Below are positions 26,433 through 41,691 of a DNA stretch of 64,000 bases, in pieces (positions within the stretch are counted from its first letter, which is position 1; each line of letters opens with the position of its first letter). The notes below the pieces were generated by a model that did no database searches, was not told the origin of the DNA, and saw only the letters and a program-made list of their open reading frames with translations. Both the position numbers and the translations under genes were made by a program. Source of the DNA: Eledone cirrhosa (taxonomy: Eukaryota); the NCBI GenBank assembly GCA_964016885.1, contig OZ024741.1, positions 244,776,001 to 244,840,000 on the forward strand, written 5' to 3'.

Positions 26433-29400
26433 TCACGCCACACATAGCCAATGATTGTCTGCACATGTACCAGTAATTACAGATCGATCCGACCACGGGT
26501 GGCCGGCCCGCGATTGAAAAGGTAACTCCGCCAGCAAATCGTCATTTTTGGATTCGTTTTCTTCGAAGCACACCATTCGCCGGCGGACTTTGTTGACGTT
26601 TAACACGGTTTGGTTCCACAGCCACAACTATTGATTTTACGGAGATATCTTGCTGAAATTCACGCCACACATACCCAATGAGTGTCTGCACATGTACCAG
26701 TAATTACAGATCGATCCGCCCACGGGTGGCCGGCCCACGATCTAAAATGTAACTCCGCCGGCAAATCCGCATTTTTGTGATTAGTTTCTTCGAAGCACAC
26801 CATTCGCCGCCGGACTTGAGCTTCCTCATTTAGCATGGGCAGCTTTTCTTGAAAATCACACCACACTCAGCAAATGTGTGTCTGCACATGTACCAGTAAT
26901 TACAGATCGATCGGACCACGGGCGGCCGGTTTGCGATTGAAAAGGTAACTCCGCCGGCAAATCGTCATTTTTGGATTCGTTTTCTTCGAAGCACACCATT
27001 CGCCGGCGGACTTTGTTGACGTTTAACACGGTTTGGTTCCACAGCCACAACTATTGATTTTACGGAGATATCTTGCTGAAATTCACGCCACACATAGCCA
27101 ATGATTGTCTGCACATGTACCAGTAATTACAGATCGATCCGCCCACGGGTGGCCGGCCCACGATCTAAAATGTAACTCCGCCGGCAAATCCGCATTTTTG
27201 TGATTAGTTTCTTCGAAGCACACCATTCGCCGCCGGACTTGAGCTTCCTCATTTAGCATGGGCAGCTTTTCTTAAAAAGCACACCACACTCAGCAAATGT
27301 GTGTCTGCACATGTACCAGTAATTACAGATCGATCGGACCACGGGCGGCCGGCTCACAATCGAAAAGGTAACTCCGCCGGCAAATCCGCATTTTTGTGAT
27401 TCGTTTCTTCGAAGCACACCATTCGCCGCCGGACTTCAGCTTCCTCATTTAGCATGGGCAGCTTTTCTTGCAAATCACACTACACACAGCAAATCTGTGT
27501 CTGCACATGTACCAGTAACTACAGATCGATCCGCCCACGGGCGGCCGGCCCGCGATTGAAAAGGTAACTCCGCCAGCAAATCGTCATTTTTTGATTCGTT
27601 TTCTTCGAAGCACACCATTCGCCGCCGGACTTTGTTGACGTTTAACACGGTTTGGTTCCAAAGCCACAACTATTGATTTTACGGAGATATCTTGCTGAAA
27701 TTCACGCCACACATAGCCAATGATTGTCTGCACATGTACCAGTAATTACAGTTCGATCCGACCACGGGTGGCCGGCCCGCGATTGAAAAGGTAACTCCGC
27801 CAGCAAATCGTCATTTTTGGATTCGTTTTCTTCGAAGCACACCATTCGCCGGCGGACTTTGTTGACGTTTGACACGGTTTGGTTCCACAGCCACAACTAT
27901 TGATTTTACGGAGATATCTTGCTGAAATTCACGCCACACATAGCCAATGATTGTCTGCACATGTACCAGTAATTACAGATCGATCCGACCACGGGTGGCC
28001 GGCCCGAGATTGAAAAGGTAACTCCGCCAGCAAATCGTCATTTTTGGATTCGTTTTCTTCGAAGCACACCATTCGCCGGCGGACTTTGTTGACGTTTAAC
28101 ACGGTTTGGTTCCACAGCCACAACTATTGATTTTACGGAGATATCTTGCTGAAATTCACGCCACATATACCCAATGAGTGTCTGCACATGTGCCAGTAAT
28201 TACAGATCGATCCGCCCACGGGTGGCCGGCCCACGATCTAAAATGTAACTCCGCCGGCAAATCCGCATTTTTGTGATTAGTTTCTTCGAAGCACACCATT
28301 CGCCGCCGGACTTGAGCTTCCTCATTTAGCATGGGCAGCTTTTCTTGAAAATCACACCACACTCAGCAAATGTGCGTCTGCACATGTACCAGTAATTACA
28401 GATCGATCCGACCACGGGTGGCCGGCCCGCGATTGAAAAGGTAACTCCGCCAGCAAATCGTCATTTTTGGATTCGTTTTCTTCGAAGCACACCATTCGCC
28501 GGCGGACTTTGTTGACGTTTAACACGGTTTGGTTCCACAGCCACAACTATTGATTTTACGGAGATATCTTGCTGAAATTCACGCCACACATACCCAATGA
28601 GTGTCTGCACATGTACCAGTAATTACAGATCGATCCGCCCACGGGTGGCCGGCCCACGATCTAAAATGTAACTCCGCCGGCAAATCCGCATTTTTGTGAT
28701 TAGTTTCTTCGAAGCACACCATTCGCCGCCGGACTTGAGCTTCCTCATTTAGCATGGGCAGCTTTTCTTAAAAATCACACCACACTCAGCAAATGTGTGT
28801 CTGCACATGTACCAGTAATTACAGATCGATCGGACCACGGGCGGCCGGCTCACAATCGAAAAGGTAACTCCGCCGGCAAATCCGCATTTTTGTGATTCGT
28901 TTCTTCGAAGCACACCATTCGCCGCCGGACTTCAGCTTCCTCATTTAGCATGGGCAGCTTTTCTTGCAAATCACACTACACACAGCAAATCTGTGTCTGC
29001 ACATGTACCAGTAACTACAGATCGATCCGACCACGGGCGGCCGGCCCGCGATTGAAAAGGTAGCTCCGCCAGCAAATCGTCATTTTTTGATTCGTTTTCT
29101 TCGAAGCACACCATTCGCCGGCGGACTTTGTTGACGTTTAACACGGTTTGGTTCCACAGCCACAACTATTGATTTTACGGAGATATCTTGCTGAAATTCA
29201 CGCCACACATAGCCAATGATTGTCTGCACATGTACCAGTAATTACAGATCGATCCGACCACGGGTGGCCGGCCCGCGATTGAAAAGGTAACTCCGCCAGC
29301 AAATCGTCATTTTTTGATTCGTTTTCTTCGAAGCACACCATTCGCCGGCGGACTTTGTTGACGTTTAACACGGTTTGGTTCCACAGCCACAACTATTGAT

Positions 29401-32400
29401 TTTACGGAGATATCTTGCTGAAATTCACGCCACACATACCCAATGAGTGTCTGCACATGTACCAGTAATTACAGATCGATCCGCCCACGGGTGGCCGGCC
29501 CACGATCTAAAATGTAACTCCGCCGGCAAATCCGCATTTTTGTGATTAGTTTCTTCGAAGCACACCATTCGCCGCCGGACTTGAGCTTCCTCATTTAGCA
29601 TGGGCAGCTTTTCTTGAAAATCACACCACACTCAGCAAATGTGTGTCTGCACATGTACCAGTAATTACAGATCGATCGGACCACGGGCGGCCGGCTCACG
29701 ATCGAAAAGGTAACTCCGCCGGCAAATCCGCATTTTTGTGATTCGTTTCTTCGAAGCACACCATTCGCCGCCGGACTTCAGCTTCCTCATTTAGCATGGG
29801 CAGCTTTTCTTGCAAATCACACTACACACAGCAAATCTGTGTCTGCACATGTACCAGTAACTACAGATCGATCCGACCACGGGCGGCCGGCCCGCGATTG
29901 AAAAGGTAACTCCGCCAGCAAATCGTCATTTTTTGATTCGTTTTCTTCGAAGCACACCATTCGCCGCCGGACTTTGTTGACGTTTAACACGGTTTGGTTC
30001 CACAGCCACAACTATTGATTTTACGGAGATATCTTGCTGAAATTCACGCCACACATAGCCAATGATTGTCTGCACATGTACCAGTAATTACAGATCGATC
30101 CGACCACGGGTGGCCGGCCCGCGATTGAAAAGGTAACTCCGCCAGCAAATCGTCATTTTTGGATTCGTTTTCTTCGAAGCACACCATTCGCCGGCGGACT
30201 TTGTTGACGTTTAACACGGTTTGGTTCCACAGCCACAACTATTGATTTTACGGAGATATCTTGCTGAAATTCACGCCACACATACCCAATGAGTGTCTGC
30301 ACATGTACCAGTAATTACAGATCGATACGCCCAAGGGTGGCCGGCCCACGATCTAAAATGTAACTCCGCCGGCAAATCCGCATTTTTGTGATTAGTTTCT
30401 TCGAAGCACACCATTCACCGCCGGACTTGAGCTTCCTCATTTACCATGGGCAGCTTTTCTTGCAAATCACACTACACACAGCAAATCTGTGTCTGCACAT
30501 GTACCAGTAACTACAGATCGATCCGACCACGGGCGGCCGGCCCGCGATTGAAAAGGTAGCTCCGCCAGCAAATCGTCATTTTTTGATTCGTTTTCTTCGA
30601 AGCACACCATTCGCCGGCGGACTTTGTTGACGTTTAACACGGTTTGGTTCCACAGCCACAACTATTGATTTTACGGAGATATCTTGCTGAAATTCACGCC
30701 ACACATAGCCAATGATTGTCTGCACATGTACCAGTAATTACAGATCGATCCGACCACGGGTGGCCGGCCCGCGATTGAAAAGGTAACTCCGCCAGCAAAT
30801 CGTCATTTTTTGATTCGTTTTCTTCGAAGCACACCATTCGCCGGCGGACTTTGTTGACGTTTAACACGGTTTGGTTCCACAGCCACAACTATTGATTTTA
30901 CGGAGATATCTTGCTGAAATTCACGCCACACATACCCAATGAGTGTCTGCACATGTACCAGTAATTACAGATCGATCCGCCCACGGGTGGCCGGCCCACG
31001 ATCTAAAATGTAACTCCGCCGGCAAATCCGCATTTTTGTGATTAGTTTCTTCGAAGCACACCATTCGCCGCCGGACTTGAGCTTCCTCATTTAGCATGGG
31101 CAGCTTTTCTTGAAAATCACACCACACTCAGCAAATGTGTGTCTGCACATGTACCAGTAATTACAGATCGATCGGACCACGGGCGGCCGGTTTGCGATTG
31201 AAAAGGTAACTCCGCCGGCAAATCGGCATTTTTGGATTCGTTTTCTTCGAAGCACACCATTCGCCGCCGGACTTCAGCTTCCTCATTTAGCATGGGCAGC
31301 TTTTCTTGCAAATCACACTACACACAGCAAATCTGTGTCTGCACATGTACCAGTAACTACAGATCGATCCGACCACGGGCGGCCGGCCCGCGATTGAAAA
31401 GGTAACTCCGCCAGCAAATCGTCATTTTTTGATTCGTTTTCTTCGAAGCACACCATTCGCCGCCGGACTTTGTTGACGTTTAACACGGTTTGGTTCCACA
31501 GCCACAACTATTGATTTTACGGAGATATCTTGCTGAAATTCACGCCACACATAGCCAATGATTGTCTGCACATGTACCAGTAATTACAGATCGATCCGAC
31601 CACGGGTGGCCGGCCCGCGATTGAAAAGGTAACTCCGCCAGCAAATCGTCATTTTTGGATTCGTTTTCTTCGAAGCACACCATTCGCCGGCGGACTTTGT
31701 TGACGTTTAACACGGTTTGGTTCCACAGCCACAACTATTGATTTTACGGAGATATCTTGCTGAAATTCACGCCACACATACCCAATGAGTGTCTGCACAT
31801 GTACCAGTAATTACAGATCGATCCGCCCACGGGTGGCCGGCCCACGATCTAAAATGTAACTCCGCCGGCAAATCCGCATTTTTGTGATTAGTTTCTTCGA
31901 AGCACACCATTCGCCGCCGGACTTGAGCTTCCTCATTTAGCATGGGCAGCTTTTCTTGAAAATCACACCACACTCAGCAAATGTGTGTCTGCACATGTAC
32001 CAGTAATTACAGATCGATCGGACCACGGGCGGCCGGTTTGCGATTGAAAAGGTAACTCCGCCGGCAAATCGTCATTTTTGGATTCGTTTTCTTCGAAGCA
32101 CACCATTCGCCGGCGGACTTTGTTGACGTTTAACACGGTTTGGTTCCACAGCCACAACTATTGATTTTACGGAGATATCTTGCTGAAATTCACGCCACAC
32201 ATAGCCAATGATTGTCTGCACATGTACCAGTAATTACAGATCGATCCGCCCACGGGTGGCCGGCCCACGATCTAAAATGTAACTCCGCCGGCAAATCCGC
32301 ATTTTTGTGATTAGTTTCTTCGAAGCACACCATTCGCCGCCGGACTTGAGCTTCCTCATTTAGCATGGGCAGCTTTTCTTAAAAAGCACACCACACTCAG

Positions 32401-35400
32401 CAAATGTGTGTCTGCACATGTACCAGTAATTACAGATCGATCGGACCACGGGCGGCCGGCTCACAATCGAAAAGGTAACTCCGCCGGCAAATCCGCATTT
32501 TTGTGATTCGTTTCTTCGAAGCACACCATTCGCCGCCGGACTTCAGCTTCCTCATTTAGCATGGGCAGCTTTTCTTGCAAATCACACTACACACAGCAAA
32601 TCTGTGTCTGCACATGTACCAGTAACTACAGATCGATCCGCCCACGGGCGGCCGGCCCGCGATTGAAAAGGTAACTCCGCCAGCAAATCGTCATTTTTTG
32701 ATTCGTTTTCTTCGAAGCACACCATTCGCCGCCGGACTTTGTTGACGTTTAACACGGTTTGGTTCCAAAGCCACAACTATTGATTTTACGGAGATATCTT
32801 GCTGAAATTCACGCCACACATAGCCAATGATTGTCTGCACATGTACCAGTAATTACAGTTCGATCCGACCACGGGTGGCCGGCCCGCGATTGAAAAGGTA
32901 ACTCCGCCAGCAAATCGTCATTTTTGGATTCGTTTTCTTCGAAGCACACCATTCGCCGGCGGACTTTGTTGACGTTTGACACGGTTTGGTTCCACAGCCA
33001 CAACTATTGATTTTACGGAGATATCTTGCTGAAATTCACGCCACACATAGCCAATGATTGTCTGCACATGTACCAGTAATTACAGATCGATCCGACCACG
33101 GGTGGCCGGCCCGAGATTGAAAAGGTAACTCCGCCAGCAAATCGTCATTTTTGGATTCGTTTTCTTCGAAGCACACCATTCGCCGGCGGACTTTGTTGAC
33201 GTTTAACACGGTTTGGTTCCACAGCCACAACTATTGATTTTACGGAGATATCTTGCTGAAATTCACGCCACATATACCCAATGAGTGTCTGCACATGTGC
33301 CAGTAATTACAGATCGATCCGCCCACGGGTGGCCGGCCCACGATCTAAAATGTAACTCCGCCGGCAAATCCGCATTTTTGTGATTAGTTTCTTCGAAGCA
33401 CACCATTCGCCGCCGGACTTGAGCTTCCTCATTTAGCATGGGCAGCTTTTCTTGAAAATCACACCACACTCAGCAAATGTGCGTCTGCACATGTACCAGT
33501 AATTACAGATCGATCCGACCACGGGTGGCCGGCCCGCGATTGAAAAGGTAACTCCGCCAGCAAATCGTCATTTTTGGATTCGTTTTCTTCGAAGCACACC
33601 ATTCGCCGGCGGACTTTGTTGACGTTTAACACGGTTTGGTTCCACAGCCACAACTATTGATTTTACGGAGATATCTTGCTGAAATTCACGCCACACATAC
33701 CCAATGAGTGTCTGCACATGTACCAGTAATTACAGATCGATCCGCCCACGGGTGGCCGGCCCACGATCTAAAATGTAACTCCGCCGGCAAATCCGCATTT
33801 TTGTGATTAGTTTCTTCGAAGCACACCATTCGCCGCCGGACTTGAGCTTCCTCATTTAGCATGGGCAGCTTTTCTTAAAAATCACACCACACTCAGCAAA
33901 TGTGTGTCTGCACATGTACCAGTAATTACAGATCGATCGGACCACGGGCGGCCGGCTCACAATCGAAAAGGTAACTCCGCCGGCAAATCCGCATTTTTGT
34001 GATTCGTTTCTTCGAAGCACACCATTCGCCGCCGGACTTCAGCTTCCTCATTTAGCATGGGCAGCTTTTCTTGCAAATCACACTACACACAGCAAATCTG
34101 TGTCTGCACATGTACCAGTAACTACAGATCGATCCGACCACGGGCGGCCGGCCCGCGATTGAAAAGGTAGCTCCGCCAGCAAATCGTCATTTTTTGATTC
34201 GTTTTCTTCGAAGCACACCATTCGCCGGCGGACTTTGTTGACGTTTAACACGGTTTGGTTCCACAGCCACAACTATTGATTTTACGGAGATATCTTGCTG
34301 AAATTCACGCCACACATAGCCAATGATTGTCTGCACATGTACCAGTAATTACAGATCGATCCGACCACGGGTGGCCGGCCCGCGATTGAAAAGGTAACTC
34401 CGCCAGCAAATCGTCATTTTTTGATTCGTTTTCTTCGAAGCACACCATTCGCCGGCGGACTTTGTTGACGTTTAACACGGTTTGGTTCCACAGCCACAAC
34501 TATTGATTTTACGGAGATATCTTGCTGAAATTCACGCCACACATACCCAATGAGTGTCTGCACATGTACCAGTAATTACAGATCGATCCGCCCACGGGTG
34601 GCCGGCCCACGATCTAAAATGTAACTCCGCCGGCAAATCCGCATTTTTGTGATTAGTTTCTTCGAAGCACACCATTCGCCGCCGGACTTGAGCTTCCTCA
34701 TTTAGCATGGGCAGCTTTTCTTGAAAATCACACCACACTCAGCAAATGTGTGTCTGCACATGTACCAGTAATTACAGATCGATCGGACCACGGGCGGCCG
34801 GCTCACGATCGAAAAGGTAACTCCGCCGGCAAATCCGCATTTTTGTGATTCGTTTCTTCGAAGCACACCATTCGCCGCCGGACTTCAGCTTCCTCATTTA
34901 GCATGGGCAGCTTTTCTTGCAAATCACACTACACACAGCAAATCTGTGTCTGCACATGTACCAGTAACTACAGATCGATCCGACCACGGGCGGCCGGCCC
35001 GCGATTGAAAAGGTAACTCCGCCAGCAAATCGTCATTTTTTGATTCGTTTTCTTCGAAGCACACCATTCGCCGCCGGACTTTGTTGACGTTTAACACGGT
35101 TTGGTTCCACAGCCACAACTATTGATTTTACGGAGATATCTTGCTGAAATTCACGCCACACATAGCCAATGATTGTCTGCACATGTACCAGTAATTACAG
35201 ATCGATCCGACCACGGGTGGCCGGCCCGCGATTGAAAAGGTAACTCCGCCAGCAAATCGTCATTTTTGGATTCGTTTTCTTCGAAGCACACCATTCGCCG
35301 GCGGACTTTGTTGACGTTTAACACGGTTTGGTTCCACAGCCACAACTATTGATTTTACGGAGATATCTTGCTGAAATTCACGCCACACATACCCAATGAG

Positions 35401-36646
35401 TGTCTGCACATGTACCAGTAATTACAGATCGATACGCCCAAGGGTGGCCGGCCCACGATCTAAAATGTAACTCCGCCGGCAAATCCGCATTTTTGTGATT
35501 AGTTTCTTCGAAGCACACCATTCACCGCCGGACTTGAGCTTCCTCATTTACCATGGGCAGCTTTTCTTGCAAATCACACTACACACAGCAAATCTGTGTC
35601 TGCACATGTACCAGTAACTACAGATCGATCCGACCACGGGCGGCCGGCCCGCGATTGAAAAGGTAGCTCCGCCAGCAAATCGTCATTTTTTGATTCGTTT
35701 TCTTCGAAGCACACCATTCGCCGGCGGACTTTGTTGACGTTTAACACGGTTTGGTTCCACAGCCACAACTATTGATTTTACGGAGATATCTTGCTGAAAT
35801 TCACGCCACACATAGCCAATGATTGTCTGCACATGTACCAGTAATTACAGATCGATCCGACCACGGGTGGCCGGCCCGCGATTGAAAAGGTAACTCCGCC
35901 AGCAAATCGTCATTTTTTGATTCGTTTTCTTCGAAGCACACCATTCGCCGGCGGACTTTGTTGACGTTTAACACGGTTTGGTTCCACAGCCACAACTATT
36001 GATTTTACGGAGATATCTTGCTGAAATTCACGCCACACATACCCAATGAGTGTCTGCACATGTACCAGTAATTACAGATCGATCCGCCCACGGGTGGCCG
36101 GCCCACGATCTAAAATGTAACTCCGCCGGCAAATCCGCATTTTTGTGATTAGTTTCTTCGAAGCACACCATTCGCCGCCGGACTTGAGCTTCCTCATTTA
36201 GCATGGGCAGCTTTTCTTGAAAATCACACCACACTCAGCAAATGTGTGTCTGCACATGTACCAGTAATTACAGATCGATCGGACCACGGGCGGCCGGTTT
36301 GCGATTGAAAAGGTAACTCCGCCGGCAAATCGGCATTTTTGGATTCGTTTTCTTCGAAGCACACCATTCGCCGCCGGACTTCAGCTTCCTCATTTAGCAT
36401 GGGCAGCTTTTCTTGCAAATCACACTACACACAGCAAATCTGTGTCTGCACATGTACCAGTAACTACAGATCGATCCGACCACGGGCGGCCGGCCCGCGA
36501 TTGAAAAGGTAACTCCGCCAGCAAATCGTCATTTTTTGATTCGTTTTCTTCGAAGCACACCATTCGCCGCCGGACTTTGTTGACGTTTAACACGGTTTGG
36601 TTCCACAGCCACAACTATTGATTTTACGGAGATATCTTGCTGAAAT
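26433..36646. repeat. 5107-bp tandem duplication (24 monomers: 13x227 + 11x196)
   Basis: Rare variants recur at offset 5107: TTAAAAAGCAC (~27278/32385), CCACATATAC (~28166/33273), ATTCACCGCC (~30417/35524). Confidence 0.9.
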
Positions 36647-39600
36647 TCACGCCACACATAGCCAATGATTGTCTGCACATGTACCAGTAATTACAGATCG
36701 ATCCGACCACGGGTGGCCGGCCCGCGATTGAAAAGGTAACTCCGCCAGCAAATCGTCATTTTTGGATTCGTTTTCTTCGAAGCACACCATTCGCCGGCGG
36801 ACTTTGTTGACGTTTAACACGGTTTGGTTCCACAGCCACAACTATTGATTTTACGGAGATATCTTGCTGAAATTCACGCCACACATACCCAATGAGTGTC
36901 TGCACATGTACCAGTAATTACAGATCGATACGCCCAAGGGTGGCCGGCCCACGATCTAAAATGTAACTCCGCCGGCAAATCCGCATTTTTGTGATTAGTT
37001 TCTTCGAAGCACACCATTCGCCGCCGGACTTGAGCTTCCTCATTTACCATGGGCAGCTTTTCTTGCAAATCACACTACACACAGCAAATCTGTGTCTGCA
37101 CATGTACCAGTAACTACAGATCGATCCGACCACGGGCGGCCGGCCCGCGATTGAAAAGGTAGCTCCGCCAGCAAATCGTCATTTTTTGATTCGTTTTCTT
37201 CGAAGCACACCATTCGCCGGCGGACTTTGTTGACGTTTAACACGGTTTGGTTCCACAGCCACAACTATTGATTTTACGGAGATATCTTGCTGAAATTCAC
37301 GCCACACATAGCCAATGATTGTCTGCACATGTACCAGTAATTACAGATCGATCCGACCACGGGTGGCCGGCCCGCGATTGAAAAGGTAACTCCGCCAGCA
37401 AATCGTCATTTTTGGATTCGTTTTCTTCGAAGCACACCATTCGCCGGCGGACTTTGTTGACGTTTAACACGGTTTGGTTCCACAGCCACAACTATTGATT
37501 TTACGGAGATATCTTGCTGAAATTCACGCCACACATACCCAATGAGTGTCTGCACATGTACCAGTAATTACAGATCGATCCGCCCACGGGTGGCCGGCCC
37601 ACGATCTAAAATGTAACTCCGCCGGCAAATCCGCATTTTTGTGATTAGTTTCTTCGAAGCACACCATTCGCCGCCGGACTTGAGCTTCCTCATTTAGCAT
37701 GGGCAGCTTTTCTTGAAAATCACACCACACTCAGCAAATGTGTGTCTGCACATGTACCAGTAATTACAGATCGATCGGACCACGGGCGGCCGGTTTGCGA
37801 TTGAAAAGGTAACTCCGCCGGCAAATCGGCATTTTTGGATTCGTTTTCTTCGAAGCACACCATTCGCCGCCGGACTTCAGCTTCCTCATTTAGCATGGGC
37901 AGCTTTTCTTGCAAATCACACTACACACAGCAAATCTGTGTCTGCACATGTACCAGTAACTACAGATCGATCCGACCACGGGCGGCCGGCCCACGATCGA
38001 AAAGGTAACTCCGCCGGCAAATCGTCATTTTTGGATTCGTTTTCTTCGAAGCACACCATTCGCCGGCGGACTTTGTTGACGTTTAACACGGTTTGGTTCC
38101 ACAGCCACAACTATTGATTTTACGGAGATATCTTGCTGGAATTCACGCCACACATACCCAATGAGTGTCTGCACATGTACCAGTAATTACAGATCGATCC
38201 GCCCACGGGTGGCCGGCCCACGATCTAAAATGTAACTCCGCCGGCAAATCCGCATTTTTGTGATTAGTTTCTTCGAAGCACACCATTCGCCGCCGGACTT
38301 GAGCTTCCTCATTTAGCATGGGCAGCTTTTCTTGAAAATCACACCACACTCAGCAAATGTGTGTCTGCACATGTACCAGTAATTACAGATCGATCGGACC
38401 ACGGGCGGCCGGCTCACGATCGAAAAGGTAACTCCGCCGGCAAATCCGCATTTTTGTGATTCGTTTCTTCGAAGCACACCATTCGCCGCCGGACTTCACC
38501 TTCCTCATTTAGCATGGGCAGCTTTTCTTGCAAATCACACTACACACAGCAAATCTGTGTCTGCACATGTACCAGTAACTACAGATCGATCCGACCACGG
38601 GCGGCCGGCCCGCGATTGAAAAGGTAACTCCGCCAGCAAATCGTCATTTTTTTATTCGTTTTCTTCGAAGCACACCATTCGCCGGCGGACTTTGTTGACG
38701 TTTAACACGGTTTGGTTCCACAGCCACAACTATTGATTTTACGGAGATATCTTGCTGAAATTCACGCCACACATACCCAATGAGTGTCTGCACATGTACC
38801 AGTAATTACAGATCGATCCGCCCACGGGTGGCCGGCCCACGATCTAAAATGTAACTCCGCCGGCAAATCCGCATTTTTGTGATTAGTTTCTTCGAAGCAC
38901 ACCATTCGCCGCCGGACTTGAGCTTCCTCATTTAGCATGGGCAGCTTTTCTTGAAAATCACACCACACTCAGCAAATGTGCGTCTGCACATGTACCAGTA
39001 ATTACAGATCGATCGGACCACGGGCGGCCGGCTCACGATCGAAAAGGTAACTCCGCCGGCAAATCCGCATTTTTGTGATTCGTTTCTTCGAAGCACACCA
39101 TTCGCCGCCGGACTTCAGCTTCCTCATTTAGCATGGGCAGCTTTTCTTGCAAATCACACTACACACAGCAAATCTGTGTCTGCACATGTACCAGTAACTA
39201 CAGATCGATCCGACCACGGGCGGCCGGCCCGCGATTGAAAAGGTAGCTCCGCCAGCAAATCGTCATTTTTTGATTCGTTTTCTTCGAAGCACACCATTCG
39301 CCGGCGGACTTTGTTGACGTTTAACACGGTTTGGTTCCACAGCCACAACTATTGATTTTACGGAGATATCTTGCTGAAATTCACGCCACACATAGCCAAT
39401 GATTGTCTGCACATGTACCAGTAATTACAGATCAATCCGACCACGGGTGGCCGGCCCGCGATTGAAAAGGTAACTCCGCCAGCAAATCGTCATTTTTGGA
39501 TTCGTTTTCTTCGAAGCACACCATTCGCCGGCGGACTTTGTTGACGTTTAACACGGTTTGGTTCCACTGCCACAACTATTGATTTTACGGAGATATCTTG

Positions 39601-41691
39601 CTGAAATTCACGCCACACATACCCAATGAGTGTCTGCACATGTACCAGTAATTACAGATCGATCCGCCCACGGGTGGCCGGCCCACGATCTAAAATGTAA
39701 CTCCGCCGGCAAATCCGCATTTTTGTGATTAGTTTCTTCGAAGCACACCATTCGCCGCCGGACTTGAGCTTCCTCATTTAGCATGGGCAGCTTTTCTTGA
39801 AAATCACACCACACTCAGCAAATGTGTGTCTGCACATGTACCAGTAATTACAGATCGATCGGACCACGGGCGGCCGGTTTGCGATTGAAAAGGTAACTCC
39901 GCCGGCAAATCGGCATTTTTGGATTCGTTTTCTTCGAAGCACACCATTCGCCGCCGGACTTCAGCTTCCTCATTTAGCATGGGCAGCTTTTCTTGCAAAT
40001 CACACTACACACAGCAAATCTGTGTCTGCACATGTACCAGTAACTACAGATCGATCCGACCACGGGCGGCCGGCCCACGATCGAAAAGGTAACTCCGCCG
40101 GCAAATCGTCATTTTTGGATTCGTTTTCTTCGAAGCACACCATTCGCCGGCGGACTTTGTTGACGTTTAACACGGTTTGGTTCCACAGCCACAACTATTG
40201 ATTTTACGGAGATATCTTGCTGGAATTCACGCCACACATACCCAATGAGTGTCTGCACATGTACCAGTAATTACAGATCGATCCGCCCACGGGTGGCCGG
40301 CCCACGATCTAAAATGTAACTCCGCCGGCAAATCCGCATTTTTGTGATTAGTTTCTTCGAAGCACACCATTCGCCGCCGGACTTGAGCTTCCTCATTTAG
40401 CATGGGCAGCTTTTCTTGAAAATCACACCACACTCAGCAAATGTGTGTCTGCACATGTACCAGTAATTACAGATCGATCGGACCACGGGCGGCCGGCTCA
40501 CGATCGAAAAGGTAACTCCGCCGGCAAATCCGCATTTTTGTGATTCGTTTCTTCGAAGCACACCATTCGCCGCCGGACTTCAGCTTCCTCATTTAGCATG
40601 GGCAGCTTTTCTTGCAAATCACACTACACACAGCAAATCTGTGTCTGCACATGTACCAGTAACTACAGATCGATCCGACCACGGGCGGCCGGCCCGCGAT
40701 TGAAAAGGTAACTCCGCCAGCAAATCGTCATTTTTTTATTCGTTTTCTTCGAAGCACACCATTCGCCGGCGGACTTTGTTGACGTTTAACACGGTTTGGT
40801 TCCACAGCCACAACTATTGATTTTACGGAGATATCTTGCTGAAATTCACGCCACACATACCCAATGAGTGTCTGCACATGTACCAGTAATTACAGATCGA
40901 TCCGCCCACGGGTGGCCGGCCCACGATCTAAAATGTAACTCCGCCGGCAAATCCGCATTTTTGTGATTAGTTTCTTCGAAGCACACCATTCGCCGCCGGA
41001 CTTGAGCTTCCTCATTTAGCATGGGCAGCTTTTCTTGAAAATCACACCACACTCAGCAAATGTGCGTCTGCACATGTACCAGTAATTACAGATCGATCGG
41101 ACCACGGGCGGCCGGCTCACGATCGAAAAGGTAACTCCGCCGGCAAATCCGCATTTTTGTGATTCGTTTCTTCGAAGCACACCATTCGCCGCCGGACTTC
41201 AGCTTCCTCATTTAGCATGGGCAGCTTTTCTTGCAAATCACACTACACACAGCAAATCTGTGTCTGCACATGTACCAGTAACTACAGATCGATCCGACCA
41301 CGGGCGGCCGGCCCGCGATTGAAAAGGTAGCTCCGCCAGCAAATCGTCATTTTTTGATTCGTTTTCTTCGAAGCACACCATTCGCCGGCGGACTTTGTTG
41401 ACGTTTAACACGGTTTGGTTCCACAGCCACAACTATTGATTTTACGGAGATATCTTGCTGAAATTCACGCCACACATAGCCAATGATTGTCTGCACATGT
41501 ACCAGTAATTACAGATCGATCCGACCACGGGTGGCCGGCCCGCGATTGAAAAGGTAACTCCGCCAGCAAATCGTCATTTTTGGATTCGTTTTCTTCGAAG
41601 CACACCATTCGCCGGCGGACTTTGTTGACGTTTAACACGGTTTGGTTCCACAGCCACAACTATTGATTTTACGGAGATATCTTGCTGAAAT
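26433..41691. repeat. Mixed HOR domain 3: 5107-bp tandem duplication, four linking monomers, then two 2084-bp 10-mers
   Basis: 26433-31539 matches 31540-36646. B-C*-A-B occupies 36647-37523. The 10-mers start at 37524 and 39608. Confidence 0.92.

Noticed and set aside
519-41659. Over 100 minus-strand 64-68 aa ORFs (MWLWNQ..., MWCDFQ..., MQEKLP...) as a tandem peptide gene family
   Set aside because: They are one per monomer and start at TTG/GTG codons, with no recognisable domain. The frame is closed by a stop in E monomers (CTA on + reads TAG) and in many D and variant C/A monomers. They are a by-product of the repeat.
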